Of a stretch of 64,000 nt of DNA, positions 37,900 to 46,763 are shown in pieces. The notes beneath the pieces were generated by a model, which did not search any database, was not told where the DNA came from, and saw nothing but the letters and a program-made list of their open reading frames with translations. The position numbers and the translations under genes were made by a program. Numbering within the stretch: position 1 is the stretch's first letter; each line of letters begins with the position of its first letter. Origin of the DNA: an uncultured Acidimicrobiales bacterium (lineage in GTDB: Bacteria; Actinomycetota; Acidimicrobiia; Acidimicrobiales; SHLQ01); assembly GCA_964517125.1 (NCBI GenBank), contig CAZFBD010000002.1, positions 48,402-112,401 on the forward strand, given 5' to 3'.

Positions 37900-39366
37900 A
37901 TGAGTACGACCCTCGTACGCAACGTGCGCCGAATCGACCCGATCGACCACCTCGACGACATCGTCGACGTGTGCATCATCGACGGCGTCGTCGCACGGGT
38001 CGGCCCAGCTGGTTCGTGGGTAGATTGGGATCTGGCCGAGGCCGTCGACACGATCGATGGCACCGACTGCATCCTGTCGCCCGGCCTCGTCGACCTGCAC
38101 TGCCACGTGTTCGGCGCTGCAGGCGTGGCCGATCCGGATTCCATCGGCGTGCGGGCAGCCGTACCGGTGGTGGTCGATGCCGGAGGCGCCGGAGCCGCCA
38201 CCATCGACGACTTCGTTGCGACCAAGATCGCTGCCGCGAAGACGCGGGTCCTCAGTTTCATGGCGGTCGAGGCCGGCGGCATCACCGAGCCGGCTCCCGC
38301 CCACAACACCCGGCGTTCCATTCCGGAGATGCAGACCGCATCCCTCGACGATTTCCTGGCGGCCTTCCAGCGCCACGAGCGTCGCATCGTCGGTCTGAAA
38401 GTGTGGGGTACTGCGACCGGCGGTGTGCCATGGATTGGTCACGCCACCACACTGAGCGAGCTCATCGGCCGTCCACTCATGGTGCACATCGGCGAAGTCG
38501 AGCCGAGCCCTCTCACCAACATCACCGGCGACGTCCTCGACCACCTGCAGGGCGGCGACATCGTCACCCACTGCTTCACCGGCCTCGATGGGGCCATTGT
38601 CGATGCCGATGGGACCGTCAGCCCCGAAGCCAGCGCTGGCAGGGAACGCGGCGTGCTCTTTGATGCCGCGCCCGGGGATGTGAACATGTCGTTCGACCGG
38701 GCCCTCGCAGCCATGGAACGGGGGTTCCTCCCCGACGTCATCTCCTCGGACCTCCACCGGTATTCGGTACCGGGCACGGTCTCGCTTCTTCATGTCATGG
38801 GATCGTTCCTTGCACTCGGAATGAGCCTGCGAGCCACCATCGAACGCGCAAGCCTTCGCCCCGCCGAGATCGCGAACACCTCCGTTGGACGGCCCATCGT
38901 TGGGCAACCGGCCACGCTCTCGTTGTTTCGCTCGATCCCGGCCCGGACCATCTACGCCGACGGAACCGGTGGCCGCATCGTCGGGGAAGAACTCCTCGAG
39001 CCGGTTGGGTGTTTCATCGATGGTGACTGGCACAAGGCCGACGGCACCGCTGCCAACGCAGCTCACAATCTCTGCCTCGACGGCAGCGAGCCGGCCAAGG
39101 GTTTCCACCCGGGGCAGCTCACCTTCCTGCACGCTCTGCACGCCGAGCTGACCTCGCACACCGCCCGGGACAACCGTTGGCGGGGCCTTGAGCTGCATCA
39201 GCTCGTGCACCGCGAACGGGTGCGTTCCGGAATCAGCATCTCCGATGGTCTCGACGCCCTCTACGGCGGAATCGTCGGCGGCCATCTCGGGCCCCCTGCA
39301 GGCTGGATGCTCGCAGAGATGGGTCGGGACGAGACGCTACGACGCCTCTCGTCCATCGTGGCCTGA
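37900..39366 (+). CDS. Amidohydrolase-superfamily metallohydrolase (dihydroorotase/deacetylase-like)
   Basis: 488 aa with N-terminal LVRNVRRIDP...IIDGVVARVGP...ILSPGLVDLHCHVF, the metal-binding HxH motif context. Confidence 0.75.
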   Translation: MSTTLVRNVRRIDPIDHLDDIVDVCIIDGVVARVGPAGSWVDWDLAEAVDTIDGTDCILSPGLVDLHCHVFGAAGVADPDSIGVRAAVPVVVDAGGAGAATIDDFVATKIAAAKTRVLSFMAVEAGGITEPAPAHNTRRSIPEMQTASLDDFLAAFQRHERRIVGLKVWGTATGGVPWIGHATTLSELIGRPLMVHIGEVEPSPLTNITGDVLDHLQGGDIVTHCFTGLDGAIVDADGTVSPEASAGRERGVLFDAAPGDVNMSFDRALAAMERGFLPDVISSDLHRYSVPGTVSLLHVMGSFLALGMSLRATIERASLRPAEIANTSVGRPIVGQPATLSLFRSIPARTIYADGTGGRIVGEELLEPVGCFIDGDWHKADGTAANAAHNLCLDGSEPAKGFHPGQLTFLHALHAELTSHTARDNRWRGLELHQLVHRERVRSGISISDGLDALYGGIVGGHLGPPAGWMLAEMGRDETLRRLSSIVA

Positions 39367-39966
39367 CCCACGCACAGGCCCCAGCCAGAACAGTGCAAGG
39401 ATCGAACCGATCAGGCCGCCGGTGCTGGACAGGAACAAGTCCCCCACCGTGTCCTCGTACGTGAGCGACAGCCCGCCTGCGCCGCCAAACCCGTCCTCAG
39501 AGACGGCCCACTCCATGATCTCCCACCAGACGATGGCGATCGCTCCAAACCCGTAGCCGAGCAGGATCGCATCGGAGCGATGGAAGACATTGCGGAAGCG
39601 GAACGCGTGGTACGCCCCAACAAGGAAGACCCAGTTCAGCAGATGCAGGACATCGTCGGTGACGAGATATCGATCGTAGAAACCGAACAGATTTCCGAGC
39701 GTGTCCACCAGGAATGGAAGCGACAGGAGCGCATCGGCCGTGTGGGGATACGGCTCCCATCCTCGGACCTTGGCAATGATCGGCACAAGGATTGCGGGTG
39801 CCAGAAAGAGCGGCGCACGAAACCCGATCGCCTTGCCTTCGACCACCTCCGGAGGGATGAAGATCGCAACCGCAAAGGACGCGAACAACGCCACTTTCAC
39901 AACGAGGTTGGCCGCCGCCACCCATTGCTTGCGGTCAAGACCCAGGACACCCGTTGGCTCATGCAC
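39337..39966 (-). CDS. Hypothetical polytopic membrane protein
   Basis: 209 aa with about 6 hydrophobic segments. It overlaps the amidohydrolase 3' end convergently by 30 nt. Confidence 0.6.
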   Translation of the reverse strand: MHEPTGVLGLDRKQWVAAANLVVKVALFASFAVAIFIPPEVVEGKAIGFRAPLFLAPAILVPIIAKVRGWEPYPHTADALLSLPFLVDTLGNLFGFYDRYLVTDDVLHLLNWVFLVGAYHAFRFRNVFHRSDAILLGYGFGAIAIVWWEIMEWAVSEDGFGGAGGLSLTYEDTVGDLFLSSTGGLIGSILALFWLGPVRGSGHDGREAS

Positions 39967-40078
39967 CGCGCCAGCCTAATTTCTCCCGGACTTGCGCCCG
40001 GCGATCTACTCCAGGCCCGCAACGTTCTGCGTTTTTCGCCCGAATTCGACAGGTGAGTCGGGCGGCTCATTTTCCCGG

Positions 40079-40128
40079 ACCCACCTAAGGGTGGGTTTGC
40101 TGACGCCGTTACTTCTACCAGGGCGTCA
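40079..40128 (+). promoter_or_regulatory. Two perfect 7-bp hairpins (ACCCACC-TAAG-GGTGGGT and TGACGCC-N14-GGCGTCA) in the leader of the 40145 gene
   Basis: Read directly from the sequence. They are preceded by the direct repeat TT(C/T)TCCCGGAC at 39981 and 40070. Confidence 0.3.
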
Positions 40129-40144
40129 CAAAGCCGGAGTCGCA

Positions 40145-40714
40145 ATGGCACGAGTCAAACACAAGGTCGTCGGGTCAGGGGTCTTCTTCTCCCCTGCACT
40201 GAACGCCGACGCCCCCTACGAACTCCTCGACGTCATCGAGGGTCGCACGGTGACGTCGAAAGCCGTTCGCTGTGTGCAGTCCCAGCAGATCTTCGACATC
40301 GACACGCTCTCCCGGCCAACAAATGCGCAAATGATCGATCAGGTCTCGGCCGCATTTCGTGAGGTCGGCGCCTGGCTTGTCGCAAATGCTCCAAACAACC
40401 CGGCACGTCATCGTGGCGCACTGCGAATGATTCGGCGCACCATCCGCGACAACTACCTCAGTGACGACCTGCAGCGCGACGTTGCCTGGATCGCTCAGGC
40501 AGACCTCGGAGCACGAATCGCCTTCCTGAACGGAAGCCTCAACGCCGAAGGCAAGGAAGAGATGGTGGTGTTCGCCGCCACGATCGGATCCACCGGTGGC
40601 GATCTGTCGCCCACCGATGCCGAGTTCATCGAACGGTTGGGCACGGGCCTCGGCCTTCCGGTCGATCGGGTCTACGAACTGGTGATCAGCTCGGTGACCT
40701 CGAGCGCCGCCTGA
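40145..40714 (+). CDS. Hypothetical cytoplasmic protein
   Basis: The ATG at 40145 gives MARVKHKVVGSGVFFSPALNADAPYELLD.... The track ORF begins 51 codons earlier in low-quality sequence. I cannot assign a family confidently. Confidence 0.5.
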   Translation: MARVKHKVVGSGVFFSPALNADAPYELLDVIEGRTVTSKAVRCVQSQQIFDIDTLSRPTNAQMIDQVSAAFREVGAWLVANAPNNPARHRGALRMIRRTIRDNYLSDDLQRDVAWIAQADLGARIAFLNGSLNAEGKEEMVVFAATIGSTGGDLSPTDAEFIERLGTGLGLPVDRVYELVISSVTSSAA

Positions 40715-40767
40715 CCCACGGCCGACCAACACTGGACGAACGTTCAACACGTCCGTAGGGTGCTCGG

Positions 40768-41694
40768 ATGAGCACCGGAACATCGCTGCAGGAGCGGAGC
40801 GTTCCCAACCTCACACACCTTCAGGGCAGCCTTCTCGTGCTGCTGTCCGGCGTGTTGTTCAGCTTCGGCGGGCTCTTTTTCCGGAGCACGAGCACGGCAA
40901 CTGCCTGGGAGTATCTGATCTTTCGCGGTCTGGGCATGCTCTCGATCACCACGGTGATCTTCTTCGTGCAGAACCGTCACCGGCTGCGGGTCGTGCGATC
41001 GCGCTTCCAGCCAGTCCACGTCTTCATTGGCATTCTTCTGGCTGGCATGAACATCCTGTTCATCGTCGCACTCGAGTTCGCTTCGGTTGCCTTCGTGCTC
41101 TTCCTGCAACCGGCAGCACCGATTGCCGCCGCATATTTCAGTTGGGTGCTCGCACGCGAGCCCATGTCCCGTGCGGCCATGGTCGCAGCAGCCATTGCCA
41201 TCGTCGGTGTGACCGTGATGGTCTCGGGTTCGTTGCTCGACGACTTCAGCCTCGCTGGCCTCATCGCTCTGGGGATTCCCCTGATGCTCGGGTACTACAC
41301 GACGGTCGTACGCAGCTCCACCCACATCGACCCGTCGGTTCCGTTGATCACGGCCGGCGCGACCCTGCTCGTGGTGTGCTCGAGCGTTGCGCTGTTGGCC
41401 GGAGGCATCGACATCTCCTCCAGGGACGCTGCCGTGAGCTTCGTCGCAGGGAGCCTGCTGCTTGGAGCGCCCCTCGCTGTCTTCAACACCGCCCAGCGGG
41501 TCGTCCCGCCCACAGAAACCACGCTGTTGTTGTTGATCGAAGTGATTCTTGCGCCGGTTTGGGTCTGGGTGTTCGTCGCCGAAGAGCCCGAGGCGCTCAC
41601 CCTCGTCGGCGGCAGCATCATCCTCGCGGCCGTCATCTGGCTCACGTCGCAACGAAGCCCACGGATGGGACGTTCGTTCAGCAGCCGCGGCTGA
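40768..41694 (+). CDS. EamA/DMT-family transporter
   Basis: 308 aa with about 10 TM segments and a duplicated EamA-like architecture. Confidence 0.75.
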   Translation: MSTGTSLQERSVPNLTHLQGSLLVLLSGVLFSFGGLFFRSTSTATAWEYLIFRGLGMLSITTVIFFVQNRHRLRVVRSRFQPVHVFIGILLAGMNILFIVALEFASVAFVLFLQPAAPIAAAYFSWVLAREPMSRAAMVAAAIAIVGVTVMVSGSLLDDFSLAGLIALGIPLMLGYYTTVVRSSTHIDPSVPLITAGATLLVVCSSVALLAGGIDISSRDAAVSFVAGSLLLGAPLAVFNTAQRVVPPTETTLLLLIEVILAPVWVWVFVAEEPEALTLVGGSIILAAVIWLTSQRSPRMGRSFSSRG

Positions 41695-41708
41695 TCCATA
41701 CTGGCGAC

Positions 41709-43073
41709 ATGCCGCTTCTCGCCGAGCTCCAGGCTCGCCTCCCCGACGACTGCATCCAGACCGACGCCGACGTGATCGACGCCTACAGCCGCGATCGTGC
41801 CGTGTTCGAACAGGGCGGCACTGCAGCAATCCTGGTGATGCCGCGATCCACCGCCGACGTGGTTGCTGCGGTCGAAGCGGCCAATGCGGCGAACGTGCCG
41901 ATCGTTCCCCGGGGCGCTGGCACCGGGCTCACAGGTGCCGCCAACGCCTCGGACGGATGCGTGATTTTGTCGCTGCATCGGATGAATGCGGTCCTCGATA
42001 TCGACACCACGAACCGGTCGTGCCGTGTGCAGCCGGGCGTGATCAATGCTGACCTCAAGCGAGAGGTTGCGGCACACGGGTTGTTCTATCCGCCCGACCC
42101 AGCGTCGGTCGACATGTCGAGCATTGGCGGCAACGTGGCCACCAACGCTGGCGGTCTCTGCTGCGTGAAGTACGGCGTGACTCGGGACTACGTGATGGGA
42201 CTCGAGGTCGTGCTGGCCACCGGCGAGGTTATGCGCACGGGGCGTACGACGATCAAGTCGACCACCGGCCTGGACCTCACCGGTCTGTTCGTCGGCTCCG
42301 AGGGCATTCTGGGGATCATCACCGAGATCACCCTCAAGCTCGTGCCAGCGCCTTCCGCCCCCGCCACGGCGGTCGCATATTTCGATGAACTCGCCCATGC
42401 GGGGTCCGCGATCGTTGAGGTCTTCACCGCTGGCCACGAGCCGTCGCTCATGGAGATCATCGATCAGGCATCGCTCCGGCAGGTGGAGGCCGTGTATCCC
42501 ATGGAACTCGATGTTGACGCCGCCTGCCTGCTCCTGATGCAGACCTCTGGCGAGGATTCCGGCTCGGACATCGCAGACATCGCCGACATCTGCCAGGACC
42601 ACGGTGCCACCGACGTGCATCATGTCGACGACCCGCACGAGGGCGACATGTTGATCGAGGTCCGACGCAAGGTGTGGCCGGCATTCGAGCATCTGGGCAA
42701 GGCGCTTCTACCTGAAGACGTGGCTGTACCCCGTGACCGCTTGCCCGAGCTGCTTGCCGGGATCACGAACATCGCCGAGCAGCACCAGGTGCTCCTGCCG
42801 GTGATTGGCCATGCAGGCGATGGGAACATGCATCCGCTTCTTGTGTTCGACGGCACCGACGCCGATGAGGTGGCGCGGGTCCGGTTGGCCTTTGCCGACA
42901 TTGTCCATCTGGCACTTTCGCTCGGCGGGACGATCGCCGGCGAGCATGGCGTGGGCACCCTGAAGCGCGAATTCATCGAGGACGAGTTGAGCCCGCTGCA
43001 GCTTCGTGTCCAGCGCAGCGTGCGGGAGTTGTTGGACCCCGACGGTCGGTTCAACCCGGGCAAGGCGCTTTGA
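41709..43073 (+). CDS. FAD-linked oxidase (GlcD / D-lactate dehydrogenase-like)
   Basis: The start at 41709 gives MPLLAELQARLPDDCIQTDADVIDAYSRD.... The FAD-binding motif is VPRGAGTGLTGAA, and the C-terminus is GEHGVGTLKREF. The track ORF is over-extended into the EamA gene. Confidence 0.85.
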   Translation: MPLLAELQARLPDDCIQTDADVIDAYSRDRAVFEQGGTAAILVMPRSTADVVAAVEAANAANVPIVPRGAGTGLTGAANASDGCVILSLHRMNAVLDIDTTNRSCRVQPGVINADLKREVAAHGLFYPPDPASVDMSSIGGNVATNAGGLCCVKYGVTRDYVMGLEVVLATGEVMRTGRTTIKSTTGLDLTGLFVGSEGILGIITEITLKLVPAPSAPATAVAYFDELAHAGSAIVEVFTAGHEPSLMEIIDQASLRQVEAVYPMELDVDAACLLLMQTSGEDSGSDIADIADICQDHGATDVHHVDDPHEGDMLIEVRRKVWPAFEHLGKALLPEDVAVPRDRLPELLAGITNIAEQHQVLLPVIGHAGDGNMHPLLVFDGTDADEVARVRLAFADIVHLALSLGGTIAGEHGVGTLKREFIEDELSPLQLRVQRSVRELLDPDGRFNPGKAL

Positions 43074-43110
43074 GTGGAATCTGTCGCCGCGACGCGCTGT
43101 TGTTGACCAC

Positions 43111-43584
43111 ATGGCAACACTTGGAATGCGACATGCGGTGCTGTGGGTCTCCGACCCCCAGGCGTCAGCAAGGTTTTATGAGGAGGCCCTCGGGCTGGTC
43201 ACGGCGAACGAAATTTCTGGCGGAGTCTTCCTGACCTCGCCGGACTCCAAAACCGATCACGACCTCGGGCTCTTCCAGGCATCAGAGAACGTGGGAGGCG
43301 CACGGAACACCGGGCTGTATCACATCTCCTGGGAGGTTCGAACGCTGCAGGATCTCGCCGATTCGAAGGCGCGTCTCCGCGAGATGGGTGCGTTGGTTGG
43401 CGAGAACGACCACGGCGTCAGTCGCAGTCTCTACTGCAAGGATCCCGACGGCATCGAGTTCGAGATCATGTGGGAGGTCCCCTTGGACCTGATCGAGCCC
43501 GGAGCACCAGAGAACATCCCCCTGGACCTCGAGGCCGACATCGCCCGCTGGGGAACCACCCCAAGCCGCGGCGCCACCCCCTAA
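43111..43584 (+). CDS. VOC (glyoxalase/bleomycin-resistance/extradiol dioxygenase) family protein
   Basis: The ATG at 43111 gives MATLGMRHAVLWVSDPQASARFYEEALGL...GLYHISWEV...DPDGIEFEI. Confidence 0.8.
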   Translation: MATLGMRHAVLWVSDPQASARFYEEALGLVTANEISGGVFLTSPDSKTDHDLGLFQASENVGGARNTGLYHISWEVRTLQDLADSKARLREMGALVGENDHGVSRSLYCKDPDGIEFEIMWEVPLDLIEPGAPENIPLDLEADIARWGTTPSRGATP

Positions 43585-43620
43585 ACACCAAACCCTTCTC
43601 CCCCACCCAACGTGACCACT

Positions 43621-43656
43621 CCACCACATCTGGGGCCAGGCCCCTCATGTGGTTGG
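43621..43656. repeat. GC-rich imperfect palindrome CCACCACATCTGGGGCCAGGCCCCTCATGTGGTTGG (copy 3 of the intergenic repeat family)
   Basis: Read directly from the sequence. It has the same GGGGCC-W-GGCCCC core as the copies at 4567 and 4686. Confidence 0.65.
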
Positions 43657-43777
43657 ACGCCCGCACTCCGCGACGTCCGATACTCCAAATCGTTGATTCT
43701 TCAACATTCAATACAGAACCACGAGATTCGTCGTTCCAAGAAACTCACGTTAGGTGGCTGGCGCGCTACAGATGAGG

Positions 43778-43797
43778 ACAGGCCCCTGGTGTGGTGG
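43778..43797. repeat. Half-copy of the palindrome (CAGGCCCCTGGTGTGGTGG; copy 4)
   Basis: The right arm matches the consensus GGCCCCTGGTGTGG exactly, and the left arm is degenerate. Confidence 0.55.
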
Positions 43798-43852
43798 TTT
43801 GGCCGCGGAACGTGCTGCTTGGTGGATTGACGCGGATGTAACTCAGGTGAGT

Positions 43853-43858
43853 TAACGT
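43853..43858 (+). promoter_or_regulatory. Candidate -10 hexamer TAACGT for a leaderless acyl-CoA dehydrogenase transcript
   Basis: A TAnnnT hexamer lies 5 nt upstream of the ATG at 43864, and no Shine-Dalgarno sequence is present. Confidence 0.3.
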
Positions 43859-43863
43859 TTGGT

Positions 43864-45093
43864 ATGGCCATTGACTTCACGCTTGATCCGGAAATCGAAG
43901 AGCTTCGCATGCGCGTACGGGCGTTCATCTCCGACGTTGTCGCTCCTGAGGAGGCGACGATCGAGGAGCTGAAGGAGACCGATCGAAAGGCCTACGTCGG
44001 CGCGTTGATCGCGCTGCGGAAGAAGGCCCACGCTGAAGGCCTGTGGATGCCACACATGCCTCCCGAATGGGGCGGCATGGGTCTTGGCCATGTGGGGAAC
44101 GCCATGGTTCAGGCCGAAGCCGCAAAGAGCTACTACGGCCCCTGGGTGATCAACGCGCAGGCACCCGACGAAGGCAACATGCACACGATCGAACATTGGG
44201 GAACCGATGAGCAAAAGGAGAAGTACCTGAAGCCGCTCTGTGCCGGCACCGTGAGCTCGTGCTTTGCCATGACGGAGCCAGAGGTCGCCGGTTCCGACCC
44301 CACCCTCATCCAGACAACGGCGTATCAGGACGGCGAGGAGTGGGTAATCAACGGCCACAAGTGGTTCATCTCCAACGCTCGGCGTTCGGCGTTCGCCATT
44401 CTCGTCTGCCGGACCGAGGACGACCCCGAACTCCCCCAGGCAGCCAACAGTGCGTTCATCATCGACATCCCCCAGGAGGGCTGGATCGAGAAGCGTCAGA
44501 TCGAGACCATGCACGGCAGCTCGGGTCACAGCGAGATCATCATCGAGGACCTCCGGGTCCACGAGAGTCAGATGCTCGGCGGGCGTGGCCAGGGCCACCT
44601 TCTCGGGCAGTTTCGCCTTGGACCGGCACGTCTCGCGCATTGCATGCGGTGGATTGCTCAGGCCGAAACAGCACTGGACATGATGGTGGAACGGTCACTG
44701 AACCGCTTCAGCCACGGATCGATCCTGGCCGAGAAGCAGGGTGTGCAGTGGATGATCGCCGACTCGACGATGGAGCTGTACCAATCGAAGCTCATGGTCC
44801 TGCACGCTGCGTCAAAGATCGATGCCGGTCAGGACTTCAAGAGTGAGGTGTCCATGGCCAAGCACTTCGTGGCGAACAGCCTGAACCGCATCATCGATCG
44901 ATCCATTCAGGTCCATGGTGCGCTCGGGTACTCCACCGATACACCGCTCGCCCACATGTATCAGCACGCCCGCTGGGCCCGGTTCGCGGATGGCGCCGAC
45001 GAGATTCACCAGATGCGGATCGCCCAACGGACGATCGCTGCGTGGACCGACGAGGGAAGCACCCGTCGCTCCACCGGAGATCTTCCAATCTGA
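43864..45093 (+). CDS. Acyl-CoA dehydrogenase family protein
   Basis: 409 aa with CFAMTEPEVAGSDP, WVINGHKWFISN and a C-terminal QVHGALGYS...RFADGADEIH. Confidence 0.9.
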   Translation: MAIDFTLDPEIEELRMRVRAFISDVVAPEEATIEELKETDRKAYVGALIALRKKAHAEGLWMPHMPPEWGGMGLGHVGNAMVQAEAAKSYYGPWVINAQAPDEGNMHTIEHWGTDEQKEKYLKPLCAGTVSSCFAMTEPEVAGSDPTLIQTTAYQDGEEWVINGHKWFISNARRSAFAILVCRTEDDPELPQAANSAFIIDIPQEGWIEKRQIETMHGSSGHSEIIIEDLRVHESQMLGGRGQGHLLGQFRLGPARLAHCMRWIAQAETALDMMVERSLNRFSHGSILAEKQGVQWMIADSTMELYQSKLMVLHAASKIDAGQDFKSEVSMAKHFVANSLNRIIDRSIQVHGALGYSTDTPLAHMYQHARWARFADGADEIHQMRIAQRTIAAWTDEGSTRRSTGDLPI

Positions 45094-45095
45094 CC

Positions 45096-45734
45096 ATGAA
45101 CTCGACCATCGCTCGCCCTACCAGTGACGCACTGCTCGACGCAGCCGAGGAGCTGTGGTCCAGAGACGGGTTGGGCCGGGTCTCGCTGCGAGAGATCGGG
45201 CGCCAGGCCGGCCAACGAAACACTCGGGCGGTGCAATACCACTTCGGAAACGAGGATGGCCTGCTCGATGCCGTCCTGGCTCGTCACAATCGGGTCGTCG
45301 ATGGCCGCCGGTCGCCGATGCTCACTGATCTCGACGCCAATGGTGGGACGTTGCGCGATCATGCAGCGGCGCTGGTGCGTCCGCTCGGCCAACAGCTGTC
45401 CACGGCGTCAGGGCGTCGCCACCTTGCGATCTCGGCCGAGCTGTTGAACCGCGGAAGTGGTGCCGATGTACGCAGGGTTGGTGGAGCGCAACCCGGCGAG
45501 GGTTCCCTCACTGTCTGGCGTCGTCTCGTCGAGCCGCTGTTGCATCCCGACGCCATTCGTCTGCACTGCCGGTTCAACGCGGTGCAGTTCACGCACACCG
45601 AGCTGGCCAGGCAGGGCCGCCGCTCCGTCCGTTCCACCGACCACCGGGTGATCGTCGAGCGCACAACGGATCTTGCCGCTGCCCTGCTGGGCGCACCAAT
45701 CTCTCGCTCCACGGCCGACGCTCTGACGCGCTGA
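45096..45734 (+). CDS. TetR-family transcriptional regulator
   Basis: The ATG at 45096, 2 nt after the ACAD stop, gives MNSTIARPTSDALLDAAEELWSRDGLGRVSLREIGRQAGQRNTRAVQYHFGNEDGLL. Confidence 0.8.
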   Translation: MNSTIARPTSDALLDAAEELWSRDGLGRVSLREIGRQAGQRNTRAVQYHFGNEDGLLDAVLARHNRVVDGRRSPMLTDLDANGGTLRDHAAALVRPLGQQLSTASGRRHLAISAELLNRGSGADVRRVGGAQPGEGSLTVWRRLVEPLLHPDAIRLHCRFNAVQFTHTELARQGRRSVRSTDHRVIVERTTDLAAALLGAPISRSTADALTR

Positions 45735-45758
45735 ACACATCGCGCCTACGCTTCGCCC

Positions 45759-46763
45759 ATGCGGATATCGGTTCTTGGTGGAGGTTCCTGGGGTACTACG
45801 GTGGCCAACCTGTGTGCCCACAACGCGTCGACCACGCTCTGGGCACGCCGTTCCGAGGTGGTCGACGGGATCAACACGAGCAGGGAGAACCCGCGCTATC
45901 TCCCGGGATTCGAGCTGCATCAGGATCTGCAGGCGACCGACGACCTGGACGAGGCGATTGCGTCAGCCGATGTGCTCGTCCTCGGGGTTGCATCGGCCGG
46001 GTTCCCCGACACGCTGAAATCAGTCGATGCATCGGTTCGCCCGGGCACGCCGATCGTTTCGCTTGCCAAGGGGCTGGATCGTGCGAGCGCTCGCCGGATG
46101 ACGCAGCTCGTCGCCGACGAGCTGCCGGGACATCCCGTTGGGGTACTGAGCGGCCCCAACCTGGCCAAGGAGGTGTTATCCGGCCACGCCGCGGCGACCG
46201 TCCTTGCCTTCGAGGACATCGACGTCGCCCGTGAGCTCCAAGGACTGTTCGCGACCGACCTGTTCCGCGTCTACACCAACCCCGACGTCGTGGGATGTGA
46301 GCTCGGCGGCGCGCTGAAGAATGTCATCGCGGTCGCAGCCGGCATGGCGGCAGGTCTGGGCACCGGAGACAACACGATGGCTGCGGTGATCACCCGTGGC
46401 CTGGCCGAGCTGACTCGCCTCGGCATGGCCATGGGCGGCGACGCTCAGACATTTGCCGGACTCGCCGGTATGGGCGACCTCGTGGCCACATGCATGAGTC
46501 CGCAGAGCAGGAACCGCAGCGTCGGCGTGGAGCTGGGCAAGGGCCGGGCGCTCGACGACATCATCGCCAGCCTCGGCCAGGTCGCCGAAGGTGTGAAGTC
46601 GGCACCCATCGTTGCTGCTCTGGGGCGAGAGCACGGCGTCGAACTCCCCATCTGTGAAGAGGTCCGCGCTGTTGTCGAAGACGGCCGGTCGGCCGAGGAC
46701 GCCTATCGGGGGCTCTTGCGTAGGCCCCAACAGGGTGAAGTCACCCGGCGACCCATCGACTGA
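45759..46763 (+). CDS. gpsA: NAD(P)H-dependent glycerol-3-phosphate dehydrogenase
   Basis: 334 aa with ISVLGGGSWGTTVANL (Rossmann fold), GALKNVIAVAAGM and the conserved C-terminal half. Confidence 0.95.
   Translation: MRISVLGGGSWGTTVANLCAHNASTTLWARRSEVVDGINTSRENPRYLPGFELHQDLQATDDLDEAIASADVLVLGVASAGFPDTLKSVDASVRPGTPIVSLAKGLDRASARRMTQLVADELPGHPVGVLSGPNLAKEVLSGHAAATVLAFEDIDVARELQGLFATDLFRVYTNPDVVGCELGGALKNVIAVAAGMAAGLGTGDNTMAAVITRGLAELTRLGMAMGGDAQTFAGLAGMGDLVATCMSPQSRNRSVGVELGKGRALDDIIASLGQVAEGVKSAPIVAALGREHGVELPICEEVRAVVEDGRSAEDAYRGLLRRPQQGEVTRRPID

Noticed and set aside
37798-39285. 495-aa minus-strand ORF
   Set aside because: It is antisense to the amidohydrolase gene, which carries the LVDLHCHVF metal-binding motif. 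The antisense product has no motifs.
41142-41708. N-terminal extension of the FAD-oxidase ORF (643-aa track ORF)
   Set aside because: It overlaps the EamA transporter gene in another frame. The oxidase homology starts at the ATG at 41709, just after the transporter stop.
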